A stretch of DNA of 64,000 bases, taken from contig OX597818.1 in assembly GCA_951406725.2 (NCBI GenBank), positions 108,128,001 to 108,192,000 on the forward strand, given 5' to 3'. Shown here piece after piece: positions 14,360-24,900 of the stretch. The notes beneath the pieces are model-generated. The model was not told the DNA's origin. It saw only the letters and a program-made list of their open reading frames with translations, and did not search any database. Made by a program: the position numbers and the translations under genes. Source of the stretch: Octopus vulgaris. Its lineage: Eukaryota. Position 1 is the first letter of the stretch. Every line of letters begins with the position of its first letter.

Positions 14360-14502
14360 TTATTTTAACCGCTATAGTCAGTATAAATTCCGAAGTCTAT
14401 TTTCCAATAGCTAGCGTTATATATTTTGAAATATATATATGATTGACCGCTAACTCCACAAGTGTTTTTTTATTCTCTCAATCTGTTTATTTCCGCGTGT
14501 TC

Positions 14503-14538
14503 CTTTCTGTTGAAGAGCGTAGGCTCGAAACGTAAAAG
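14503..14538 (+). ncRNA. Minimal hammerhead ribozyme variant (core CUGUUGA), family 1 element 14441-14562
   Basis: cttt CTGTTGA A GAGC gtag GCTC GAAA C GTA aaag; perfect stem I cttt/aaag. Confidence 0.65.
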
Positions 14539-14561
14539 CGTCAAGCTAATACACCTGCTTG

Positions 14562-14845
<284 letters not shown>

Positions 14846-14962
14846 TTGGCAAATCCATGAACAAACCAAAACAGGAAAAAACAATAAAAGTTAATTGGAT
14901 GTACACAGTAAATATATCAGATTGAGTCTCAGTGAAGGTTTTAGATGGAAAAAGAGGAACAG

Positions 14963-14997
14963 AAATGACGTTTCGAGCATTGTATTTCGTCGGATAA
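14963..14997 (-). ncRNA. Decayed hammerhead motif (family 2-like)
   Basis: Minus strand: CCGACGA AATAC aat GCTC GAAA C GTC; stem II broken. Confidence 0.4.
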
Positions 14998-15703
14998 AGG
15001 AAAAATCCAGAGAAGAGAAAAACGAGGAACGAGCAGATAATCCGACGAAGAGAACGTGTCCTTACATGGTCAATGCACACACACATACACCCACACACAC
15101 ACGTGTGCACTCATGCAGAAAGGAAATTTAAATATCCCATAAGCCTTAAAACAAACGTAATAACATACGTCTAAATTCTCTTCTTTCGATCTCTCTCTTA
15201 CACTCCCCACTTTCTCACCTTTCCACCGCAGTCTTTCTCCCCTCCTTCAATTTCCATTCATCCTGCCAGCCACCCGTAACACACGGGGAAGCTGAGTTAG
15301 GTAAACCTGAACAACTGAAAACAATAACCGAGTATCGTCATATTATGTCGTATTTAGAACAATGAATATTCGCTCCATCTTTTGATAACAGCATTTCTCT
15401 AAACCATATAAATTAATGTGCTGGTAATAGCTAGAAGGAAGTAGTGCGCTCCCTTGATCATTGTGTATTTCAGACAAAGATCGTGTGTCGATAACCAGCT
15501 GGAAAAGATGTTTTCCTGGGGTTAAATGGTAGTAACATATTTTACGTAGGACGGCCACCTTACGTTGTCAAATAAACTTTACTATATATATATATATACA
15601 CACACATATATATATGCATATATACACACACACATGATGATTTTTAGATAATAAGAAATCTATACAAATGAATCCTTCGAATTTAACTAAATTCTATATT
15701 TTT

Positions 15704-15792
15704 ATGCAGCTGAAGATTGCTCTACATTTTAAATTGATGTAATATTTGCATTGTTCAATTAAATGGAGTCGCATGAAACGATCGTACTGCAT
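15704..15792 (+). ncRNA. Type I hammerhead ribozyme with extended stem II
   Basis: atgcag CTGAAGA [58-nt stem II] GAAA CGATCG TA ctgcat. Perfect 6-bp stem I, palindromic ACGATCGT stem III, GUA site at 15784-15786. Confidence 0.85.
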
Positions 15793-16107
15793 TACCTCTG
15801 GATATCCTTGTTGCTTATTTTGATTATATACATATATATGAAGTATTTATATCACAGAGATAATGTAGCAGGTATGTACTACAAGTGCTGGCTATGGTTT
15901 GCTACTAAAACATCGGCTTGGGCAGCAACTGAGAAAAAGTGGTGTTGAAGTTACCTATCAAAGATGGCTGGAAGTGGTTTATCATCAAGCGGGTAGATAT
16001 ATATTTAAAACAGCAAACGAACAAGTATGGTATCACAAGTGTGGTATCACTTTAGAGCATTTAATTATTTATTTTAACATATGAGTAGTTATAGTAAATA
16101 GGCAAAG

Positions 16108-16202
16108 TCCCTTACAGCTGTTTCTAGAAGAGCTAAGCATGTGGATCGTATGTTACTGAGCAAGGATTTCCACATAAATCAACAATTCTCTCATCAGAGA
16201 GA
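16108..16202 (-). ncRNA. Type I hammerhead ribozyme with extended stem II
   Basis: Minus strand: tctct CTGATGA [AGAA..ATGTGGA..TCCACAT..TTCT] GAAA CAGCTG TA aggga; palindromic ACAGCTGT. Confidence 0.8.
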
Positions 16203-16564
16203 AAGAGGGAAAAATATACACTTAATCAAAGATATTAATAGTTAACAGATCACTTTGGAAGTAAGTAGCGTCTAAAGTAAAGGATAATAGTGATTGGTAG
16301 ATCTATGATTGAAGAATTAAGAAAGTCCTTAATAAAACCCTTAGTCAAAATTAATGTCTGCAGTTCCATTGTAGGAGCATCTTTTATTAATTTTAATTTT
16401 TTTAAGTGATACTACCTTTTGCTTATCCATTCTCTGTTTTTAATAATATACATGCATACATACATACATACGTATATACATAAAACAATCTCACAACAAA
16501 ATAACAAAGGTAAGCAACATAACAAAATTTTTTAAAGTTTATGCTAAAGAGCTTTCTGTACACA

Positions 16565-16627
<63 letters not shown>

Positions 16628-16628
16628 A

Positions 16629-16682
<54 letters not shown>

Positions 16683-17394
16683 CGATCGGCAGCACCAGCA
16701 TCAATATTTTAACCCCATTTTCGATATTAGCAATGGCTGCTCGCATGTTTCACTGATGTGAACTTTGCTGGAAACCCGAAAACCTGCTGCTCTTTGAACA
16801 AAGTGATTTGTCAAACGTATTGAGCACTAAATTACGCGCATTGCCTTGTCATAGCTGTCATCAGTGAATCAGTGATTGGTTTGTTGAAATCCTGTAACCA
16901 TTGACACAATTGTTCACCAATTGTAATATGAAATCATGTAATAAATGAAAAACAAGCAGCATAGAAATTGTTGGTCACGTATTGTTGGAGCCGGGGACTT
17001 TGCAGTTTATATAGTTGGCTGTGTAGTTCTCATACTACTTATAATCCACTTCACTTTTAAATTGCAGTTGCAGATTGAGGCAATTAAAACGATGCACTTC
17101 ATCTCAAGCAACAATACAATGTCTAAAGTAAGATTTAATTCATGACTTCATAAACTTATGAACGCAATTCTATGATTGTCTTTCGGAAGGAATAGATGTG
17201 TCTCAATGACAGTTTCTTTTGGAGTTACAAGTATTTCCTTGTCTACAATTTATTTATGTAGATAAACACATATCATGTGCGTGTGTTTATATACGTATAT
17301 GTATATGTGTGTGTATAAGTGTGTATGTATGTCTATATGTGTATGCATATGTATATAGATGTGTGTGTGTGTGTGTGAATATGCAGTATATATT

Positions 17395-17580
17395 GTATTT
17401 GTTTCGGTCACTGGACTGTGGATCTTGCTGAAGCTCTGAAGGGTTCTAGATGAAAGAATCAGCATCAGTACTTGTTTCTAAAACCTGTTGCTTATTCTAT
17501 CAACTGCTAAGTTATTGGGATGTAAAAGAACCAACACCAGTTGTCGAACGGTCGTCGGGGACAAACACAAATACACATGC
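17395..17580 (-). mobile_element. Old partial SINE family A (3' half)
   Basis: Diverged match to family A tail. Confidence 0.6.
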
Positions 17581-17621
17581 ATGTTGATTTCCGTGCATAC
17601 ATGCATACATGTGTATGTATA

Positions 17622-17673
<52 letters not shown>

Positions 17674-17949
17674 CACACACACACACACGCACACACATAT
17701 ATATATATAGAGAGAGAGGGGAGCAGTGATGTAGATAAACAATGCTAAGCTTGATATATATATATATATACATGTATGCATACATAAGTATAACGATAGA
17801 TAGATAGGTAGATAGATAGATAGATAGATAGACAGGACATTGACACGTACATTCAGAAAGATAAATACATATATGCATATATACATACAAAAGTGGTACC
17901 AGGGTCCCGTTTACTAAAGTGGGTATTGTTCCTGAAGCTCATAGATTTA

Positions 17950-18850
17950 ATATTTGGCAGATTAGGGTGGCATCCAGGTGGATTGTTTATCTGGTACACA
18001 GTAAGGCATCTTGGAAGTATGGGATGGGGGCATGATGGGTCCATGTCCTAGGGCCCAAAAGCAGGTTCAGGAGGGAACAACTGTTATGGATTGGGAACTG
18101 GAATTTCAAAACCCTACTTCCTGAAGTGATCACTGCTGACACATTTGATATTGTTTCATTCACTTTTTTCAGCCCTACATTCTAATCTATATTTTTGCTG
18201 TAGTTGTTGAGCTGGTGTTGCCTGAGAGAGAGACGATACAACATTCAAAGGCTTTCGGCACTGATCCCAAATCCCTACCCCTTTCATCTCTTCTTAGAGA
18301 CTGGACACAATCACTGTTTCTGTGGAAGTTTCCAGTTGATATCAGGGTCAGGTAGGGTTTTAATGTCAATGAAGTGGATTTCCTCTGAGACCAGTCAAGT
18401 ATCCCAAAATGCTGGCATCGGCGCTGGTACTGAAAATGCATTGTGGGATATTGTTTTGTTGCAAGAGGAGAATTCTGACTGCCATATTTTTCCAGGGATG
18501 TTGTAATATTCTTGGATCATTCTATCTTTATTCACAGTACCTTCGTATGATATGTTTCCATTAATGCCTAGGTATTTGCAGCATTCTTTGTGTGGAACAG
18601 GAGAGATAGTGAAGCCATTGATGCACAGGTTTTGGGTCTGGAGGACTGATTTTCCACATTCAACAATCAAACATGAACATTTCTTTAGGTCAAATTCCAT
18701 TCCTATTTCAGCTGAAAATATTGTTAACTCCAGTTGTTTTCAGCATTGTAAGAAGTTTCAGCTTAGATGTTGAGGTTATCACAAAGAAATTATGAGTTAT
18801 GTTTAACAGTTGCAGACCCTAGCATGTAGCCATTGAATTTTGGCTAAAAA
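17950..18850 (-). mobile_element. R4/Dong-like LINE RT remnant
   Basis: ITHNFFV, IGMEFDLKKC, CKYLGI, KIWQSEFSSCNKTISHNAFSVP; frameshifted. Confidence 0.75.
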
Positions 18851-19337
18851 ATGCTAACAGATTGTGTTTGTGCCCCAGGCCATGTGTACAAACGGGTTAC
18901 ACGAAAGGAACAAAAAACTGACTTTTTAAAAACAGAATACTATACAAGCTCTGATATTTATTTAAAGCATTATCTACATTTTGTGGGAAAGTTGCTTTTT
19001 TGCAGGAAAATGCTTAGAGCAACAAATCAGCTGACACAGGAAATGAATCTATTAAAAGCTCCACTCAGTCTCTCCAGTTTTTCTCTTCACACTTATGCAC
19101 ACACACACAGAGATACACACACGCATATTGTTTGAATGTGTGTATATGGTGCATGTTTGTGTGTATGTGTGCATGTGTGTGTGTGTGGATGTGTGAGGGA
19201 GCACACACACGCACACAATATTGTGACATACAATAGTTGGTGAAAACTGTCAGTAAAATTCTAACCACTTAAATGATATGACCAGGAATATACCGCTCAA
19301 AAACGTGTATGTGTGTGTGTGCATGTATACATACATC

Positions 19338-19441
19338 CACTCTGCAGGTTGGTTGGCGTTAGGAAGGGCATCCAGAACAGATATTGTAGCCTGGTGCAGT
19401 CTTCTGCCAGTTCCTGTCAAACCATGCAATCCATGCCAGCA

Positions 19442-19443
<2 letters not shown>
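19338..19443 (+). mobile_element. SINE family C 3' fragment
   Basis: GGTTGGCGTTAGGAAGGGCATCCAG...CCATGCCAGCATG. Confidence 0.7.
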
Positions 19444-19472
<29 letters not shown>

Positions 19473-19547
19473 GGTGGTGGTGGTGGTGGTGGTGGTGGTG
19501 GTGGCGGTGATGATGATGATGGTGATGGTGATGGTGATGTAAATATA

Positions 19548-20429
19548 AGAGGTGCATTCAAAAAGTATTTGACTGTATTTTTTCTCACCCTGACTAATAT
19601 GTTGACAAAATCCTTTGGGTGAAAAATGATGCCCCTCCTTTCTACACTTGTGTGAAAATTTGCATCCCAGCAGACTGTGTCAGTTCACAGCTGTTGCACC
19701 TAGAATGCAGAAGCGTAGCGCACGTTTGTCGGATTTTCGTTTTCACCGAACGCACCGAGCAGAAACATTGCATCAAAGTTTTGCCAAAAGCTCGATGGTA
19801 CTCAAGTTCAAACCATCCAAAAGATTCAGAAGGCCTTTGGCGATGATGTCGTGGGCAAAACTCAGATCAAGGAGTGGTACGACCGCTTCAAACATGGCCA
19901 GACCTCAATGGAGAGAGAGGCAAACTCAGGCAGACCAGCCACAAGCTGGAACAAGGAGCTGATTGAGAAGAATTGAGAATAGTCATGGAAGACTGTCGTG
20001 TAAGAATCTAAGCAATTGCTCACGAAGTGGCAATAAGCACAGGATGAATGCATTCCATTTTCAACAGAGGATTCGTACACGTGGAGAGTGTGGGCGAAAT
20101 TCATCTCCAAGTTGTTGGTGGTGGAACAGCAGATGCAACACCCCATGGAAATCGCTTGGGATATGCTGGGCTGTGCAAACCACGAACCAGATTTTATGAA
20201 GACCATCATCATTGGTAACGAGACATGGGTTTATGGTCTCTGCTCAATGCATTTGGTCATCTTGTGTGACAACGAAAATCTGATGTGTGTGTACGACATG
20301 TCTGTACTCTAGATGTAACAGTCGGGAACTGACGGCCTACCATTGTGAAAATTGTCGTGCGCAGGAAAGGTGGCGTAACCTCACCCAAAGGAATTTACCC
20401 ACTCGACATTACTTTTTGAACACACCTCA
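19548..20429 (+). mobile_element. Internally deleted mariner
   Basis: TA-flanked imperfect TIRs (GAGGTGYRTTCAAAAAGTA); EQKHCIK, SGRP, IIIGNETWVYG, then the catalytic remainder is missing. Confidence 0.85.
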
Positions 20430-21383
20430 TATGTATATTTGTTTGTATGTGTATGTATTTATATATATGTGTGTGTGTATATTCCAAATAAACAATTGCA
20501 GCAAAAACACAAATGTGAAGGAAAGATCACAGCATGAATGTTTGGAGAGGATAAAGTGAATACGTGGTATTTCTACAAATGATATATATATACATATATA
20601 TATAAAACTTCCTTGCATTTCTGTCCTTCCTTCTGTTTCTTTCTCACTCTTTGCTTTTGTTTGTTTTTTACCTAAAACGAAATTTCATTTTCATTGATTG
20701 TTAATGGCAACATTCTGTGAAATCTAACATTAACATTGCTTGAGTTGTTATGTAGGTGTAAATAAAGTCTTTTAATTGGTTAGAACAGCACACATGCCCT
20801 GCATTACATTATTTTTATTGGCTGTTTAATGTCAGCTTAGTGAAAAGAAGTAATATATTTTTCTTGTTTCTTTTTCACTTTAAATAAATTATTTTTACCA
20901 TCTTTGTTTCGTTTTCAATTATTATTAAAAAATCAACAATTTCTAAATGTTTTTTTAACACATCATCTCCATTATTATCATCATGATGAGCTTATTTTTC
21001 ATTGTCATTAAAAATACATCATAAACACTTCCATAATACCCCCCACCCCAAACACACACACACACACACACTCACACACAAAATACCATTATCATGAACC
21101 AATGAGGGAGCTTCTACATGTTGCCTCATGCTGATTGAACAAGAAGCAACACCATTCTGAAATCAAACCCCATCAACTTAGAGAAGCAGGTAAATTGGAC
21201 AAACAACAAAGCAAAACTAAGATGACGATTGTTGGAATAATTTCATGATGCTTCTACTCAATAAAGTTCACCTTTTATTCTTTATGGCTTAATGGCTTAA
21301 TGAAGAATAAGTGTTGAGCCTGCTGGCTTACACTGATTATTCAAGATCAGGGACATCATTGCATTTGGTGTTTATCGGGGAAA

Positions 21384-22860
21384 ATTCCAAATAAACACTT
21401 GCAACAAAAACACAGGTGAGAAGGAAAGAGCACAGCATGAATTATGTTTGGAGAGGACCAGGTGAATACGTGGTTGGTGCCGGGATCGAGGGATGGAGGA
21501 TACAATGGAGGTGAGAGAGAAATGTGTCAGCTGAGCTTTAATGGATGCAACCAGTCAGTTCTGAAGAAGGTTAGGGTTTCAGGTGTGTTGCAGACTGTCT
21601 TCATGTCACTCTGTTGGGCAGTTTTTATTTGGGCGTGGTCTAAGTTGTTTATTAGGTTTTTATTGTTTTTTTTATTTGGATGCATTTTAGCACAATCCCA
21701 GATGGCGCTGCAACTTGACTGGAACACACTGAGATCCCAGATGTGGGACCATTTTCCCACGAAAGCTTTGTGGTAAGTCAGCAGTTGTTAGGGGCTTTAG
21801 AGAGAAGGCCTAATCATTGTTTTGCCCTTTTGTACTTGAGAAGTTGCCAGAGAAAGTTATCAGAGTGACCTGATGTTTTCAGGGATTTTAAAGGCTTCAG
21901 TCGTGTATTGATTAAGACTAGGAAGGAAAGACGGTGGGGGTGGGAGGTGGGGGTGCTGGTTTATCTCCTTTGTACGTGTTGCTATTGTGTCTTTATGCTG
22001 TTGATGACGACAAGACTGGTCAGTTCCCATTAGAGAATGTTTCCGAGATGTTTGCAATGTGTTGTCTCTGTTGCTTATGGATGAGGCTCATGTGGTGAGA
22101 TTTATGGAGCAGTGAAAGGTGGTTATATGTGTAGATCGTTAATGAACAGGTAGAGCAGTGTGGAAGTTATATACAGTTGGTTTGAAACAAGCACAATACT
22201 TAATAGAATGAAGGTCAGAGAGAGAGAGAGAGAGCTACATCGATATACATATACTGCAATAGGGCTGACAGGAAGCTAGGAATCTTTCAATTGAAAAAAA
22301 CAAAAGACAGATATTAAGTTAAGAGATTTTATGCTGGTCATGGTCTAATGCTTTGCTGATGACCAATACAATGGCATTGTTTTCCTCAAGTCTGTGAAGA
22401 GCAAAAGCCCACTGGTGGGTGTCCAAAACATTCTGGCTTTACAAAAGTTGTATCAGTGTTCACTGAAGCGGGAGAGAAAATAAATCTTTTGAAGAAGGTG
22501 ATTGTTTTGTCTCTAGCATCTGTTATCTTTGGGATGTTGGAAGTGAGAGCAGTAGGTCAATATTCTTGAGAATAGAACACACTGCAGTATATTTTCAAAG
22601 ATTGGTATAGATTCAGGGAGAGAATGGTAGGGGAGAGTGAGAAAGAGAGACAGAGACAGAGAAGGCGGAATTGAAAAAGAAAGAGGGTGGGAGACAGAGA
22701 GAGGTGGAGAAATGAGTATTGAAGAGTTTGGTGATGACAGGGGCTAACTACAGAAGAATTCTCTGGAAATAACAGAAAATAAATGGTTAGTGCCATGTTG
22801 TTGTTGGTTTGATGTGACCAGAAATGCTTTCATACCTGATCCATGCAACATGATGATTCC
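21384..22860 (-). mobile_element. CR1/Jockey-group LINE remnant (RT to 3' UTR)
   Basis: Minus strand: Y*PTALTSNIPK, AIVLVISKALD (LDISKAFD), LYLFINDL, QLLTYHKA..SHIWD. The end at 21384-21475 is repeated at 20481-20575. Confidence 0.6.
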
Positions 22861-22914
22861 AAGAGAATGAAAACGGGACATTTTGAAGAAGTTTCTTCTA
22901 ATTTATCTTTTCCC

Positions 22915-23150
22915 GTTTATCTTTTATTTGTTTCATTCGTTTGACTGTGGCCATGCTGGGGCACCACCTTGAAGAAGTTTTGTCAAATGAATCGACCTCA
23001 GTACATAATGTTTCTTTTTACTTGTTTTCAAGCTTTGTAATCATTCTATCAGTCATGTTTTGCTGAACTGCTAAGTTATGGCAATGTAAACACACCAGCA
23101 CCAGTTGTCAAGTTGTGGTGGGAGACAAACACAGACGCACAGACACATAC

Positions 23151-23160
<10 letters not shown>
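22915..23160 (-). mobile_element. Partial SINE family A
   Basis: Diverged 3' half. Confidence 0.7.
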
Positions 23161-23239
<79 letters not shown>

Positions 23240-23298
23240 TACGAGTGAGTGGACAAATGAAAAAAGGGCACTCAACCAATTTATAGGGAGTTACATGC

Positions 23299-23428
23299 AT
23301 GGATCAAAATAGTTTGATTAAAATTCGTTGGTACTCCGAGAGTTTCAAATTCAAAATGTCTGACGACTAGCATCATGCTTGGAACTCAAAAACATCAACG
23401 AATTTAAATCAAAACTGTTTTGATCCAT
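23299..23428. repeat. Inverted repeat (~50-bp arms) containing a decayed hammerhead
   Basis: Arms atggatcaaaa...ttcgttg / caacgaa...ttttgatccat; CTGACGA at 23360; left arm on minus reads GAAA CTC tcg GAG TA. Confidence 0.65.
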
Positions 23429-23444
23429 ATATAAATGTATATGT

Positions 23445-23484
<40 letters not shown>

Positions 23485-23489
<5 letters not shown>

Positions 23490-23787
23490 TTGCAGAAAAA
23501 CAAAAGATGAGGACAGGTGTATAAACAACAAACAAGTGTATTAGTTTAACACTCAGGAAGGTGAGAAAGTCTTTTACATTTCAAGCCTACACTCTTCAAC
23601 AGCCATCATGATTGACTGCCAGCTCCACAAATTTTTATTCTCTCTCTGTTTATTTCTTCATGTTCCTCTCTGTTGAAGAGCATAGGTTCAAAACATAAAA
23701 GATATTCTCACTTTCCCAAGAATTAAATTAATACACCTGATCGTTGTTTATACACCTGTCTTCATCTTTTGTTTTTCTGTAAATTTC
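23485..23787. mobile_element. Inverted duplication of HHR family 1 unit (118-bp arms)
   Basis: 23485-23602 is the reverse complement of 23670-23787; both arms start at the CTGTTGA core. Confidence 0.85.
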
Positions 23788-23995
23788 AACTATATATTAT
23801 ATGCTCACGTATTTGCACCAGTTTTATCTTACTTTAACCTCCTACTCTTCAGACTTCTACCTGGAATTTCTGCACTTTCCTTCATCTACAGACCAGCATT
23901 CCAACCAGATTACTACTGGATATATATATATAGTTCAAAATGTGAATTGTTGGCGATTTTCTTCCTCCATATTCCATTCTATTGGACATTCCTCT

Positions 23996-24030
23996 GTTTC
24001 TGAAGAAGAGCATTGCTCGAAACATCATTA
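23996..24030 (+). ncRNA. Minimal hammerhead (family 2 element 23930-24110)
   Basis: gttt CTGAAGA A GAGC att GCTC GAAA C ATC; probable CpG decay of CGTC. Confidence 0.55.
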
Positions 24031-24110
24031 AACCATCTTTCTTTCCTTCCCTGAGCATCTTCTAATACTTTACATGTACCACATCCTCATACTGTTTTTT
24101 TTTAGGGATT

Positions 24111-24208
<98 letters not shown>

Positions 24209-24233
24209 ATATTTATATATATATATATAATAT

Positions 24234-24684
24234 ACATTAAAAGGACACCATTCGAGTGTGATTGCTACCAGCGTCACCTTACTGGCACTTGTGCCCATGC
24301 TAGTAGGGTGCCAAGAACACCATCCGAGTGTGATCGTGGCCAGAGCAGCCAACTGGCTTCCGTGCCAGTGGCACGTAAAAGGGCACCATTTGAGCGTGAT
24401 TGTTACCAACGTCGCCTTACTGGCACCTGCGCCGGTGGCATGTGTAAAAGATTTGAGTGAGGTCGTTGCCAGTAGCGCCTTACTGGCCCTCATGCCGGTG
24501 GTACGTAAAAAGTACCCACTACACTCTCGGAGTGGTTGGCGTTAGAAAGGGCATCCAGCTGTAGAAACTCTGCCAGATCAAGATTGGATCCTGGTGCAGC
24601 CATCTGGTTCGCCAGTCCTCAGTCAAATCGTCCAACCCATGCTAGCAGGGAAAGCGAACGTTAAACGATGATGATGATGATGAT
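24234..24684 (+). mobile_element. SINE family C with internal tandem subrepeats and (GAT)n tail
   Basis: Repeated GGTGGCACGTAAAAAGCACC modules; shared 3' tail with 40643-41025 and 51470-51987. Confidence 0.85.
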
Positions 24685-24721
24685 AAGTACAAGACATCAC
24701 CAACCAATGAAAAATACATAT

Positions 24722-24900
24722 GTTTAGCGGTATTTTGTCTGTCTTAACGTTCTCAGTTCAAATTCTGCCATGGTCGACTTTGCCTTTCCTCCTTTCGGGG
24801 TCAATAAATTAAGTACCAGTTGCATACTGGGGTTGATCCAATCGACTGACCCCCCACCTCCCCCAAAATTTCAGGCCTTGTGCCTAGAGAAGGAAAGAAT
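24722..24900 (+). mobile_element. SINE family B
   Basis: GTTCAAATTC B box plus GACTTTGCCTTTCATCCTTTCGGGGTCGATAAA-type central domain; many copies in the window. Confidence 0.8.

Noticed and set aside
24234-24520. CRISPR-like repeat-spacer appearance (also 40643-40870 and 51470-51810)
   Set aside because: Eukaryotic context, inexact repeats, spacers homologous to one another, no cas genes
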